Both the position numbers and the translations under genes were made by a program. A stretch of DNA of 64,000 bases from Octopus sinensis (taxonomy: Eukaryota): positions 74,338,001 to 74,402,000 of the forward strand of contig NC_043000.1 in NCBI RefSeq assembly GCF_006345805.1, read 5' to 3'. Below the pieces are notes generated by a model that saw only the letters and a program-made list of their open reading frames with translations, did not search any database and was not told the DNA's origin. Within the stretch, counting starts at the first letter, position 1. Every line of letters starts with the position of its first letter. Positions 13,601 through 26,589 of this stretch are shown piece by piece.

Positions 13601-14330
13601 GAATTTATAAGTAACCTTCTTTCCCATTTCCTGGCGAGGATGTAGTCAATTTGACTAGTGTGTCCACCAAACCGGTAGGTGGTAGGTGACTGGCAAGTTT
13701 CCTGGAGTTAGTATTACAAACCATAAGATCATTGCAAATGATCTTATGGTTTGTAAGAACTCCAGCAGCCTGGTTCCTTCCTCATTGTGGGAACCAAAAC
13801 CACAGCCACCATGTATGTCATGGAAACCCCTTGCATGTTGTCCAACATCCTCATTGAAGATGCCAGCCACAAAGAGAAGGTCCCTGTCATTCATCGAAAA
13901 GGTAGTCTGCAAGAGGGTGTCATAATATCAGTCTTTCTGTTCATCAGGTAGCTCTGGCTGAGATAATGGTTGCTAATCCATGTTGCAGCACTAATCTAAG
14001 CTTAAGTATTCTATTACAGACTCTGACTACCTTGATTACCTTATCAACCCATTTTTGTGCAAGAAGTATACCCACATCCCAACCCCGTCAGTGTTCCCTA
14101 CCCAGCCTCTGAGTAACCTTGCAGAACTTCCTCTCCATCTTACTTTTTGGATGCAGCACAAATCTACACTTCTGTTCAAGCATCTTACCTTTCAATGTGC
14201 CAACTCTGAGGCTGTGGAAGGTGTGGTCCTGCAAGGCCCTGGGATGGGGGACAGCAGCATCAAGTACCTGAAAAGAAAGCTCGCATTTGGCAGAACTCAT
14301 AAACATGCAATAGCCTTCAACCTGCATACA
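10676..14330 (-). mobile_element. Near full-length decayed RTE LINE (APE endonuclease + RT)
   Basis: Pieces: VGTLKG, AGIFNEDVG..GFGSHNEEGTRLLEF (EN), NYRGIKLL, VGIHQGSVLRPLLF, LLYADD, FHYLG, PHD-like CLTCRKGVGRNSIRCTQCKLWIHKRC; many frameshifts; (CAT)n tail at ~10676. Confidence 0.9.
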
Positions 14331-14979
14331 CTACACCATCATTTTTTGTACTACATGATCTCTACATTACATAGGAGATAAGCCATAAATAGGGGTGGGG
14401 GAACATTGAGCCTTTGGAGGCGTTCAGGAGAAAGACATCTGATAGAGGTCAGAAGATAAAGACTTCTGGTACGGGGGGGGGGGGGGGGGGCACTGCAAAA
14501 ACGCAGGAACCTCAGGCTACCAGTGTGAAAGAATAGTAGTAATAATAATAATAATAATGAGATAGAATTGGGCATTTGCGTTAACTGTGGCAAAATTAGA
14601 TAAATGAATGAATAAATGAGCATGAAAGAGAGGGAGAAAAAAGTCTTATTGTATGTTCATAACTAAATATTATTAGGAATTGCGTTAAAAAAAAAATGAA
14701 ATATTTTCTGTATTATGAAATATATCCAATTTATTGCGCATACACATTAATGACAAAATCTTATTTGGACTCCCAAGGGTCATATGGACCAAGAACATTA
14801 CTTGCTTTATTCAATGCCGAATGACAAGAGACCAAAACTTCTGGTGATTTTCTGTGCTTGAGAAGACACGTCAAGCTAAGTAAAATTGTAGCTATCCATA
14901 CATACTGGCATATCCTTTATGATCATACCCTCCCTTCCCCTCATACACACCCACACACAGCCTTCACTGAAGCTATAAT

Positions 14980-15889
14980 ATTTTCAAGACGTCTCTCTTT
15001 CAACAATGCACCAAATGTAATAGTCTATGAGATTTAGATCTGGTGAGTTGGAGGACACTAACTTGGCGTTGTATGATCTAACATCCATTCTTGGGTAATG
15101 TGGGCTTTGCAAGGTGCTGAGTTTTATTGAAGCACATATAACCTACCACTGCATATCTCATCCATTCAGGACTCAACAACGGTCTCCAACACCTGAGCAG
15201 CATTAATTTTAAGACCCTGTAGAAAGTTGTGAGGTGGCATGACATAGCCTTCGTTATTCATCACTCCTAAAACCATCAAAGCTGCTTGAAACTTAGTGTC
15301 CATCACTCCAGGGGCATCAAAGTGTTTGCATAGAACTATCTGTCTTTTCTCCTGTTAGACTTTTGGTCTTTGTTGAAGTTTTTCTCATCAGAGAAAAGCC
15401 AAAGCATGCTATGCAGTTACTTGTTAAGTAATGCTTGGGACGATCAAATGGTTTTTTCTGTGTCTTTGCAGATATGAATTGGTCCCCTTCTCAGTATTTA
15501 TGACTTGTATCAAATATCCTTGTGTGTCAGTTTACTCTAGCACCCAAAGTTCTTTGATGATGACTCTATTCATTTTCTAGGATCATCATCAATAATGTTT
15601 GGAATCCATTGGATGAATTGTCATGTCCTTATTGTGTCTAAACATTCAGAATGTTTTTTTCTCTTTGATAGAGTTGAAATATTTCTGCCAGAAGCTTCCA
15701 TTTCCATCCAAAGTTTATGTACAAAAGATCTTGCAACATTTAGAAAGTTGGCACATAGGGCAACAATGATTGCATTTCTTTTCACTTCTTATGTTAGCAT
15801 TTTGTCTAACTTAGGTGATTTGAAACTTCTTAGTTTGTAGAGAGTAATGCACTGAAAATTAGATGTTCTGAAATATCCCTCCCACCCTG
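14980..15889 (-). mobile_element. Tc1/mariner-superfamily transposon remnant (maT/DD37D-like)
   Basis: Minus strand starts TA|CAGGGTG at 15889 and encodes W.FSDEKNF, ..SAPC, PPNSPDL motifs with stops. Confidence 0.65.
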
Positions 15890-15956
15890 TATATTTACAA
15901 TTTTCTTCAGTTTTTCTCTTCTTTTTTTTTTCATGAACATACTTTTTCTATTGTAG

Positions 15957-16063
15957 GTATTTTTTAAAGGAACTTCATACATTTACCCAATCAAAACCAG
16001 ATACATTTAAAAACTACCATCAATTTTACAGTCTTTTATATCTGCTTAATACATTAAATTACA
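15957..16063 (+). CDS. NCAPG2: Exon C of the same gene
   Basis: Long T-rich tract+TAG acceptor, GTAAGT donor, 107 nt phase 2/1: (R)YFLKELHTFTQSKPDTFKNYHQFYSLLYLLNTLNY; RYFLKEL resembles NCAPG2 RSFLDEL. Confidence 0.75.
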
Positions 16064-16349
16064 GTAAGTATTATCAGACATTTCTTCTTATTTTTATCTT
16101 ATATCTTATATTTCAGTATATAAATGATGGTTATTATTACTTTATCTTCAGTGATACGTTCAAGATGAAATGTTAGTCTTCCTTTCTTTATTACATATTT
16201 CATAACAAATGTATGTTTCAGTTCCTTTAGAGGAATTTAACAAAATAACTTTTCATGATTAATTTGGTGTTTGGGACAGAATGAAACAAAATAGTCTAAA
16301 TATGAACACATAAGTGGTTTTGCATCATGGATTTAGAAATGGTCTTCGG

Positions 16350-17230
16350 TATATTTATATCAAAAGGGTAAAGTATATGGTCTTAAGAGAAATTCCAGAT
16401 GTGAAAGCAAAACCTAGAACTGCGAAGACTAAAGTCAAGACCTAAGTTTTAGTAAATAGAAAAGCGAGCAGGACTTTTGTGTTATTAGGGGAATGACTGA
16501 GTTTGATATGCAGAATAGAAGTAGGTTCGGAACTCCTTATAGGATGAACTATGTGAATTAGGAGTGCTGAAAATTTGTGCTGGGATAACAGATAGACTGA
16601 CAATGAAATAAGGCTTTGTTTATGGTAGATGTACAGGAGTGGTTAGCAGTCAGTGCAGAAGTAAAATATATTCCTTTCATTGCTATAGACATAGCTGGTA
16701 GCTTCTGTTACATGGGCAGCCAATCAACTGTAGAGGAGAGTACTCTACAAGCATAATAACCAGAATAAATACAAGGTGGGGAAAAAATTTAAGTTGTTGT
16801 TACTTCTGTTTGCAACAGATGGATTCTCTGTGTGATGAGTAGATTGCATGTTGCTTGTGTACAAAGTGAGATGTGGACACCAAATACAGAAGATAGGCAC
16901 AAGTTCAAGTGAAATGAAGCAATCATGCTCTCCTGAATGGTTAATGTTTAGTATGCATGAGTAGCATAGTATAGATGAGGTGAATGATAACCTGAGTATA
17001 AGAGGAATTAGTTTTTGTGTGCAGCAGCAAAGGGTACATTTTTATGGAAGTAATGTGTATGAAGGATAACAGATATGTAAAAAAGTGCCATGATATCCAA
17101 GTGGAAGGGAACTGTGGAGGACAAAAACCAAGGTCAAAATGGACAGAAGTAGTTAAAGCTGGTCTCAAAATGACAAAAATGCAACAAATAGTTAGATGCT
17201 GCAATGTAAAAGATCCATCCAACAAATATG
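16350..17230 (+). mobile_element. Old, highly decayed RTE LINE fragment
   Basis: Residual similarity to the RTE C-terminus (ORF 17017: YVKKCHDIQVEGNCGGQKPRSKWTEVV). Confidence 0.55.
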
Positions 17231-19455
17231 AAAAAAAGAAAGTTCATAGGCTGTTTGAGTTAAAGAATCTTCTGACTATGCTGCAACCAAAAAAAAAGCT
17301 TTTCTCTCTATAATTGGTGCAAATTTTGTCATTGATTATTTGAATATCTTGAAATGAACTTGCATCTCCTTCTTTATGGAGAAGTCATAGAAAGAAGCAT
17401 TCTTGTTGAGTGACATTTAAAGTATACTTTCTTCTAATGATACTCAAAACTTATCACATTAGCTTTCAGTAGGAGCACCAATTTCATCCTGTCCAATCTA
17501 GTGTTAGAAACATCTATTCTCTGGTGCTCTTCTTAGTCATATTCATCTATTATAATCTTGGATACTGTTTTCCATGCTAGCTGACTTGTTGAGAGCACCA
17601 CAGGAATCCTGAACCAACTGAGTTTTAACAATATTGAAGATCTCTTTCTTCTTGTATGGATCTGAAGCTCTGCAGATATTATTGAAGTAAATCTTATTTG
17701 TAAACCAGATCAAAATGTGTGACAATTCTTTTTTCCATGGCAATTGAGGGAGACATCATTTTTAGCAATGACTGTACATCCATGAAATTTATCTTCCTAT
17801 TGTTATGTCATAATCAGCAACAGTTTAACATTAATTAAGTATTCTGTTAAAACTGTTACATTATTACTAAGTCTCAAGGGAGAAAGAAGGGTATGAGAAT
17901 GGCAGAGAGCTCAAAAAAAATTGTGTGTGTGTTTGACAGAAATAGAGAGTGACAGAGAGATGGGAATAAGAATGATTGGAAATATTAAGCTTTCAGTGAG
18001 GTGCAGGCAGAGAGGGTAGAACTGTGAAACAGATTTATCTGTGCTGGGAGCAGAGAAACAATGATAGTGACAAACAGTAGAAAGTTGGGAAAATGAACAT
18101 GCCTGTGTGCACACACAAACTTTCTCAAATGTATAATAGATGTATATGTAAGTATTTAGTGACTCTTTAGTTACTCCCATACCATGGTTTCATGCTAATA
18201 ACTTACAGTAACACATATAACTTCAATGCACATGCAAAACAGGTTGCAATAAAGCTCTACATACACACAGAGCTAACTGCATAACCAAGAAAATTGCTTG
18301 TATTATGCTAAAAAAAAACAACTTCAAACTCATGCCGATATTTACTCTGATTAACTGATCAAGAGTTAATCCAATTTCACATTATAAGTGTTAACCAATA
18401 TGACATAAAAGGAGCACAAAACTATAGAATATTCTAGACATTCAAATGTTCAAAAAAAGTGGATAAACAAACATTTATATTTTTATTGACAGTTATGACA
18501 AAACATGTGTGAACTTGTAGGTCTATTTTGCCTATGTGAACTAGGACAGATAGACATTAACTTGAGCTGTAAACTGGGAAGGATGCACAGGCAACATGTT
18601 CAGGAAAAATTAATTCGCATTCAAAAATTTAACCTGGAAATAACAGTAAAAACTAACCTGTGATCTGCTGACTTTTCATCTTTCACTGAATGTTATTGAG
18701 CAATTTGCCTATAGCAATAAGTAAATAGATAAGCAGTTTCTCCTTCAGTGAAGCAACTTTTCATAGAATCAGTGATAAATAGAACCTAGAGACTATAGCT
18801 ATGTCAAAACTGCTATAACAAATAACTTACCTATGGCAAACAATAACAACAAAATTTTTAAAAAAACCTACATCACTTAGAATTTATAATGCAATCCACC
18901 CGACAGATTTCCACACAGTGCCTGTCTATCCGCCTTCTCTCACAGGGTTTGTGTCAACTTCAAGTTATGGAAAAGGCCATTTGCCTAAGGTGCCACAGAT
19001 GTGATTGAACATGACACCTTGTGTTTACAAAGTGAACTTCTTATCTATTTATATTTGGGATGGTTGCTGTTTTTACATAAACATCTTTCCTGTGAGTTGT
19101 CTAAGAAGTCATCCACCAATACACTTCAACTTGTAATCCACAAGCACACTGTTCCCTCTTTCTTCCTTTTGGCTTGCATATTGTATACTATCCCCACCAT
19201 TTGACACACTCCACTCTTTTACTCTCTTTACCTTTACTATGATCCTCACTTCTCCAGACTACACCAACAATTTACTCTAATCCTTCTCCAATACATCAAT
19301 TGTCTGGAATTCTTGTTCATGAACATGAACCCTATAAATCTAACTAGTCTCAGTAACTCTGGAACCTGATGAAACCATTAAAAAATGGCTGTCTTGACAT
19401 GTTATAACATTTTCACTGCAACTACAGATTGTATCCCTTTTACCTTTTACTTCAG

Positions 19456-19555
19456 GTCCTAAATGCTTCAAATCTGAAATGAAAGATCTTTGGTTATATA
19501 TCAAGCAATCTGACATTTTCCCTTCTCAGACAGCTCTTGATGCTGAGGATGATAT
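19456..19555 (+). CDS. NCAPG2: Exon D of the same gene
   Basis: ttcag acceptor, GTAAGT donor, 100 nt phase 1/2: (S)PKCFKSEMKDLWLYIKQSDIFPSQTALDAEDD; phase matches exon C. Confidence 0.72.
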
Positions 19556-21830
19556 GTAAGTTATAGTTCTTTTTTTCTTTTTACACGCTGTTTCTGAAAA
19601 TGGGATTTTTGAAAATATGAGCAATTTTATTCATCTTTTTTTCATTTTACTAAGGAATTTTCAATTTAAATTTGAAGTTATTCTGTTATGTTTGTAATCA
19701 AGTTATTTGACATGCTACAGCATGCACTTGCTGATCTTGTGAAAGTCTCATCTTCCTTCTCTCTTGAGACTCTTTCCTTTGGTTTTCTACAATCCTTCTT
19801 GCATTATAGTTGTTTCTGGAGAGATTACATCTTTTCTTTGGTGGCATTTTTCAATATTGTAAACAAAAAATTATGAACATAGAAATAAATTATACATTAA
19901 TCTCTATTTTTGTAAGCAGTTGTATGTATGTGGTATGTCTTTAATTTTGTATGCAGTATAAATTAACCAAATATAAGCAAATTAATCAAATAGAAGCACA
20001 TGTATGAACTGCTAATTTATAATTGTAAATATCTTGCAACTGCTGCAATAATTATTAACTAGTAATTGAATGGTAAGTGTGTGCTTTTATATACCTTGGA
20101 CCTGCCACCTCATTGTTTTTTGTCAAGAGTTTCACCTTAAGCTGTTATGTCAGTAAACACACATACACTGACACATCATTCCGATGTCATGGCTGTAAAG
20201 ATGGAAAGTTGCTGATGCGTAATGTTCATATTAGGATATAAATTATTCATTTATTTCAAATTCAATAGAAATAAGATGATCTTAGTGTTATCACATTAGA
20301 ATGAAAAGGGAAAGAATAAAAGTGAAACAATATTATATCACATTACAATATAGATCTTATTCTTTCACTTTTGACACATAATACTGAATCAGTGCCTATG
20401 TTATATTGTTTTAATCCAAATGAAAAAAAAATTACATGTTGACATTCACAAATTTGATTTGATTTGGTCAAGCCGTTTGAGAATGCATAGGGAACAGACA
20501 GACAGAGAATTTTATATATACAGAGATAATATCTAGTTGTGTCATTCTCTGCATAAAACCTAAATATTTAAGCTCAGCTGATAGGCTGCAACAGTTGTGT
20601 TCTCCATGATCAACAGATAAATATTTAAATTTCTTTTGATATAATACACTTGAACAGGTATTATGTATTCTAAATTAAAGGCATCAGATGAAGTTCTCTG
20701 ATACATCCTTATTATTATCATCATCATCTATTTTTCAATTATATTATGGTTGGGATGTTTTCACAGTAGAACATCTTTCTATATGCCTTAATTTTATATC
20801 ACCTTCTCTTTAAAACTAAGTGCTATTGAGTTTATTTTAATTATGGTTTACAGGTTTTCATTAGCTATTCTCTGTCATGGACATTTTCTGTTATCAACAC
20901 ACAGTATTTTTCACCCAACATATAATGTTCATATGGATGTTGTCTCTCCAGTTGATACCTCAATTTTTTTTTTCCCCTCTCATTTTTTATTGTGTACATT
21001 CAGTCATACTCATATTTCTTCACCCCCACCAAAAAAAAAAGTATCAGGATTTTTACTTGTACATTTACTTTTATGAATAAGAACTGCAAACAATAATGAT
21101 GATGAGCTGCAAATAGCTGAGTATATTGAATAAAGAAGTAAAGGGTTGTTAACAGTGCTTTCTGTACCCAATTCGTAATAAATGAAATAAGAAAAATAGA
21201 ACATGTTTGTATAAAGATAAATTCTTATTCTCAAAATATCGCTAATCCTTATATTAGTGGACCTGCCTAACATCTTATTACCTCACCTAAACCTCCCACT
21301 TACTACAGAACATAATTTAACTTCACAATTTTAAATTAAATACCCCAACTAACTGAACTATCTATTAAAAATCTACATTGTACACAAGGGTATATAATCC
21401 TATATAATATATTGACTTTAAAGCTAGATTACCAACTCACATTACATGTTATAATTTCTATTGATTTTATTGATTCTTATTTATGTACTCGTCAAATCTT
21501 TTTATTATTTCTTTACATGGCCCATATGTATACATTATGTCATACAAACTTTAAATACCGTCCTTAGTTTTTAACAAGGGCATCCTTTGTAATCAGAGGG
21601 ACTAACCTAGAGGTCACAAACAGCGTTATATATTACAAATAACAACACCGGATATTTCCACCAGGTATAATTCCTTAGGCTAACACTGCCAGTCAAATAA
21701 TCATTGTCCCCACTTCCTACCCCATGCATCTAATGGAGGAAACTACAAACATGTGGAACCCAACAAGTCACTAAAATGTAAGCTTAATGAACTTTTTCCC
21801 CTTTTTCTTTTCCTTTCATTACCCTCTAAG

Positions 21831-21913
21831 ATCATTCTAAAGATGTTTGTTAAATGTAACGAGGTAAATGTAAATTTACTCCAATTTGATAAACAGAAAC
21901 AGCTGTAAATGGT
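21831..21913 (+). ncRNA. Type I hammerhead ribozyme-like motif with long stem II, core mutated (G5A)
   Basis: atcatt-CTAAAGA-tgtttgttaaat...atttgataaaca-GAAAC-agct-GTA-aatggt: 6 bp stem I, ~12 bp stem II, palindromic stem III ACAGCUGU. Confidence 0.6.
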
Positions 21914-22034
21914 TCCAAACTACAATTAAATAATGACTTTTTAATTCCAATGATCAACTTCTCATTGATAATTATTGCTCCATTTCTTTTCTTTTCTATG
22001 TATGTGTGTGTATGTATATATATATATATATATA

Positions 22035-23238
22035 CAGGGGTTGGACAAAATACGGAAACACCTAGCACCATTAATTTTGAAATATCTACAAAACCGTCAA
22101 AAGCTCCTTTATTTTGGGTTTTTGATTTATTCTTAGTGTTACTTAATATGTTTTGCTAAAATTGCTGTTTCTTTTCAAATATCATCTGAAAAAGGTAATT
22201 AAAATTCATTAAAATGACATCTATTAGACTTTCTAAGAGGTCAAATTGTTGGTCCTTGCATGGCAGGTGCTAGCGTAATGAAAACGCCCAAAATGTTTGG
22301 TGTATCAAGAAGTAATGACACTCTTTGAGAAAGAGGGGAAAACCTCCTCTCCGAAACAAAACTTCCGAAGAAAACCAAAACTTTCAGATAGGGATCATCA
22401 GACTCTTACATGAATTGTTAGAAAGGATCACAAAAGTACAGCTCCCAAAATTACTACAGAGCTTAATGACCACCTCAAGAACCCAGTCTCCACAAAAACA
22501 GTTCACCAGGAGCTCACACAAAGCCAGATTTCATGGGAGGGCTGTAATAAGAAAACCACTACTTTCAAAATCAAACATTGCAAAGCATTTAGAGTGGAGT
22601 AAAAACCTACAGAATCGACCTTAGAGAAGTGGAAGAATGTTATTTTCTTGGACGAGTCATCCTTTACTTTATTTCCAACCACTGGCCAAGAGACAGCCAA
22701 AAGAAGCATTTGACCCAGACTGCCTTCTTCAAACTATTTAAACATGGAGGAGGAACTGTGATGATCTGGGGGGGGGGGGCTATGTCCTGGAAATCCATCA
22801 GCCCAATAGTTTCCCGTCATGACTAAGCATTTTATCTGATTAAATGCATCCTATGGTTGCGGAACTGTTTCCAGAGGGAAAACAATCTTTCAGGATGATA
22901 ATGCACAGATTCACACAGCTAAAGTTGTTACTGAATGGCATGAGGAACATTCTAGTGAAGTTGAACATCCTATCTGGCCACCACAGTCCTCAGATCTCAA
23001 TATTTTTTAACATTTATGGTGCATTTGACTTGATATCCTTCACCATCATCACTACAAGAAATGGAGACTGTTTTAGCTGAAGAATAGACAAAATTTCCTT
23101 TGGAAACAATTCAAACTTTGTAGGAGTGCATACCTCTTATAATTCAAGGTGTAATTACTGCCAAAGGCGGTCCTAGCCCATATTAAAATAAATTTGTTTG
23201 AAATTTTAAGGTGTTTCCATTATTTTGTCTAACTCCTG
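22035..23238 (+). mobile_element. Full-length decayed Tc1 transposon (~1.2 kb)
   Basis: TA-flanked TIRs caggggttggacaaaatacggaaacacct / aggtgtttccattattttgtctaactcctg; motifs RGQIVG, WKNVIFLDESSF, KHGGGTVMIWG, FQDDNA, WPPQSSDLN split by frameshifts. Confidence 0.92.
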
Positions 23239-23503
23239 TATATATATGTGTGTGTGTATGTGTATATATATATATATATGCATGCATTATTATTATTCAT
23301 TTAGTTATCTATTTAGCCACAAAGTTTTGTTTATTCCATGCTGTAAGTTATAGTAAAGTTAAGAAATCCAATTGTTCAATTCTGTTTACTGTTGCTCGAA
23401 ATCTCGAAAATTCCATCTCCTCATTTCTTTTGTTGCCCACTATCTTAGCCAAATGTTCTATTGTTTCCTCTACTGTAGCCCTAATTCTTGAAAATTTCGT
23501 CCG

Positions 23504-23534
<31 letters not shown>

Positions 23535-23929
23535 TGTTACCCACTATATTTTTGCTTATCCAAACTATCTATCCTTGCTTTCCCATGTTGATTGTTAATT
23601 AGTGGCTTTTGTTTGTGGGTATGTTACATCACCTTTAGCTAGGGAATAGGGCATCCATAGTGTTTCATCATTTGCGGTGTGCCCTCCCAACCCACCCCCA
23701 TCACCTGCACTAAAAGTCTTTCTCTTCTAACCTCTACCAGAAGCCTTTCTCCTAGCACCTCTAATGGTTACCTACACGGAATGCTCTCCCCACCCCTTTC
23801 TTTTCCCTGCAACCTTATCTAGTGTCTATCTCCTGGTAAACATAGTGATTGTGAAGCAAATAAAATGACGGTGAAATGTATGCAGGTTGAAGCCTATTTG
23901 TTTACAATGTGTACCAAACGCACATGCAA

Positions 23930-24270
23930 GCTTTCTTTTCAGATGCAGAATGCTGTCCCTCATCCCTCATCCACCGGCCTACACCCTCAGAGTTGGCACA
24001 CTTAATGTTGGCATATTGAGATACTTGAAAAGAGGCGTATAGATTTCTGTTGCATCCAAGAGGTAAGGTGGAGAAGAGGTTCTGCTAGGTTCCTCACAGG
24101 CCAAGAATAGAGATATAAGATCTTCTGGGTAGGGAACAGTGATGGGGTTGGGATGTGGGTATACTCCTTGCTAAGAAATGGGTTAAGGTAATTGAGGTAG
24201 TCAGAGTCTGTTATAGCTTAGACAATGCTGCAACATTAGTAACCATTATCTTGGCCTATGCCTCTCAGCC
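23930..24270 (+). mobile_element. RTE LINE endonuclease N-terminal fragment
   Basis: LRVGTLNVG..CCIQEVRWRRGSARFLTG..YKIFWVGNSDGVG; abuts the opposite-strand RTE copy. Confidence 0.7.
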
Positions 24271-24279
24271 AGGTCCTTA

Positions 24280-26200
24280 CCAACTACTCGTCTTTCCCTA
24301 GTTTCTGCATTGACCACCAGATTAGGGATCAGAGAACACTGTCAAATCTTTCTCCAAGTCAACAAAAGGCAAGTATGGAGGTTTATCTTTGGCTATGTAT
24401 TTCTCCTGCAGCTGCCTTACCAGAAATATAGCATCAGTGGTGCTTCTACCTGGCACAAAACCAAACTGCATCTCATCTAGATTAACTCTCTCTCTCTCTA
24501 ATTCATTGGACTCTGACTCTCTCCATAACTTCCATCACCTGATCAAACAGTTTGATACCTCTGTAATTATTTCTATCTAAGGTGTCACCTTTAACTTTAT
24601 AGCAGTTGACTATGGTGCCGCTTACACCAGTCATTGGGTATGACTCCTTCATGAACCACCTGATTTACAATATGGCTGACTAGACTATAACCCACACTGC
24701 AAGATATTTTAAGTGTCTTAGCAGTATTTCCTGATAGGCCGAGGCTTTCCCTATCTTCATATTTTTAATTGCTTTATCTACCAGGGTACTGTCAATTCAA
24801 GTAGCTGGTCCCTCAGTTAGGTTAACATTTGGCAGACTCTCCTCCTCCCATTCATTCTCCACATTCAACAGTCTTTCATAATGGCATTTCCAAGCCTCTT
24901 ACTTTGCAGAATCATTAAAAACTAGTGTACCATCATCCATGAGGACACATTTGTCTCCTATGACATCACAATTTTCTCTCACACATTGTCTTGCAATCTG
25001 AAATACTGAAGTTCATTAGTCCTCATGACATTGAACATAGGCAAGCTTCTTTTCTGTTTCTCTCTTGGCTAGATATACTTGTCTCCTATCTTCCCTTTAG
25101 GCTAATTGATACAGTTTCCTGCTCCCCCCTAATAGCCCTGTCTACAGTATTGTTTCTCCACCATGTTACCCTAGGTCTGGAATGGACTTTCCACCAGCCA
25201 CAGATTTGGTCTGTGGCACTCAGCCTGCTGTCTCGTAGGAATTCCCAGCTGCCCTCTATATCACAAGTTTGTAGCTCCTCCTCCCTCTCATCAAATTTCT
25301 CAATTAGGCTGTCCCTAAATCTCTATCATATGAAGGGTTCTTAAGCTTCCAAATCCTTCTTTTCCAGATTACTCTGCTTCTTGGCATCCTTCTGACCTGG
25401 AGTCTAAAGTCACTAATCTATGCTGGGGGGTACATTCTTCACCAGGGAGGGTCTTTGTATTTCAGAGCAACCATGCATCCCACTGTCTGGTGAGAATGAA
25501 AGCCATCTGGCTAGCAGAGTCAACTGATTGGTAGGTTATCAGATGGATGGATGGCTTCCTGAAGTTGGTGTTACAGATCAATAGGTTATTTGCATCACAA
25601 AACTCCAGTAACCTTGTTCCCTCTTCGTTTCAGGAACCAATTCCATGGCCCCCATGTACACCATGGAAAAATACCAGGCTACTGTCTGACATGCTCTTTG
25701 AAATCCTCAACAAAGAAGATGAGATCATTGTCACTAATCTTTGAGGTAGCCTGCAGAATGCCATAAAAGTGTTCTTCTGTTCATTTGGTAGGTTCACTTG
25801 TGGGGTATAGGCAGATATAATAGTTGCTATACTATTCTACAAGACTAGCCCAAGCTTAAGCATTCTATTGCACACTCTAACTACCTCTATGACCTTCTCC
25901 ACCCACAGAAGTATGCCCACACCACCTACTCCATCGCTGTTACCTTCCCAGAAGATTTTATACCTATGTGTCTTGCCTGTGAGGAACCTAGCTGAAGCTC
26001 CTCTCCACCTTACCTCTTGGATGCAACATACATCAAAATGCCTCCATTCAAGCATCTCTACAATCTTGTTAGACCTACATTTCAATGTGCCTACATTGAC
26101 AGTGCCAACTCTGAAAACTGAGAAAGAGACATGGGAGGTAACATTGGAAGGAGAGATGTTATTCAGCACTTGAAAAGAAAGTTTGCATGGTCATTTGGTA
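24280..26200 (-). mobile_element. RTE LINE 5' half (EN and start of RT), decayed
   Basis: ORF 25837-26169(-) VGTVNVGTLK..DVCCIQEVRWRG..GVGILL; collinear with the 10.7-14.3 kb copy. Confidence 0.85.
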
Positions 26201-26589
26201 ACAGACATGTCAGAATACTTGTATTATAAATTGTTACCCCTACTGGGGATGAGAGTAAGGTAACTATTGTAAATATGAGCGTTACTGCTGCTGCAAATAT
26301 AAATATGTCAATGTTAAATTAAGTAAGTAAATGGGCTGCTATTTAGTTTGAGTTGGTTCATTATGTATGTATGTATATATATACTTAAAGAGAGAGAGAG
26401 GGGAGAGAAGGAGGCAGATGCTTTGGAGGGGAAGGGCGGAGGTATGTAGGTCTTCTGGTGCAGAAGTGAGGCAAAGCACTGCAGGATTTTTTTGTATAAC
26501 AGAAAAGATGGTAGGAGGGAACAGATTTTTACCACAAGAAAATCAGAGTAGCAGCAAAGGACGGTAGTAAAGAAAAGAGTGGTAGAAAG

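Noticed and set aside
17400-17800. Coding-looking minus-strand stretch (also 2000-2650 and 43400-43800)
   Set aside because: No recognisable motif or consistent splice signals; probably old TE debris.
20658-20702. Alternative terminal exon after acceptor-like 'ttgaacag'
   Set aside because: Weak pyrimidine tract and a stop after 4 codons in the required phase; 31459 has the stronger acceptor, though this is unproven.
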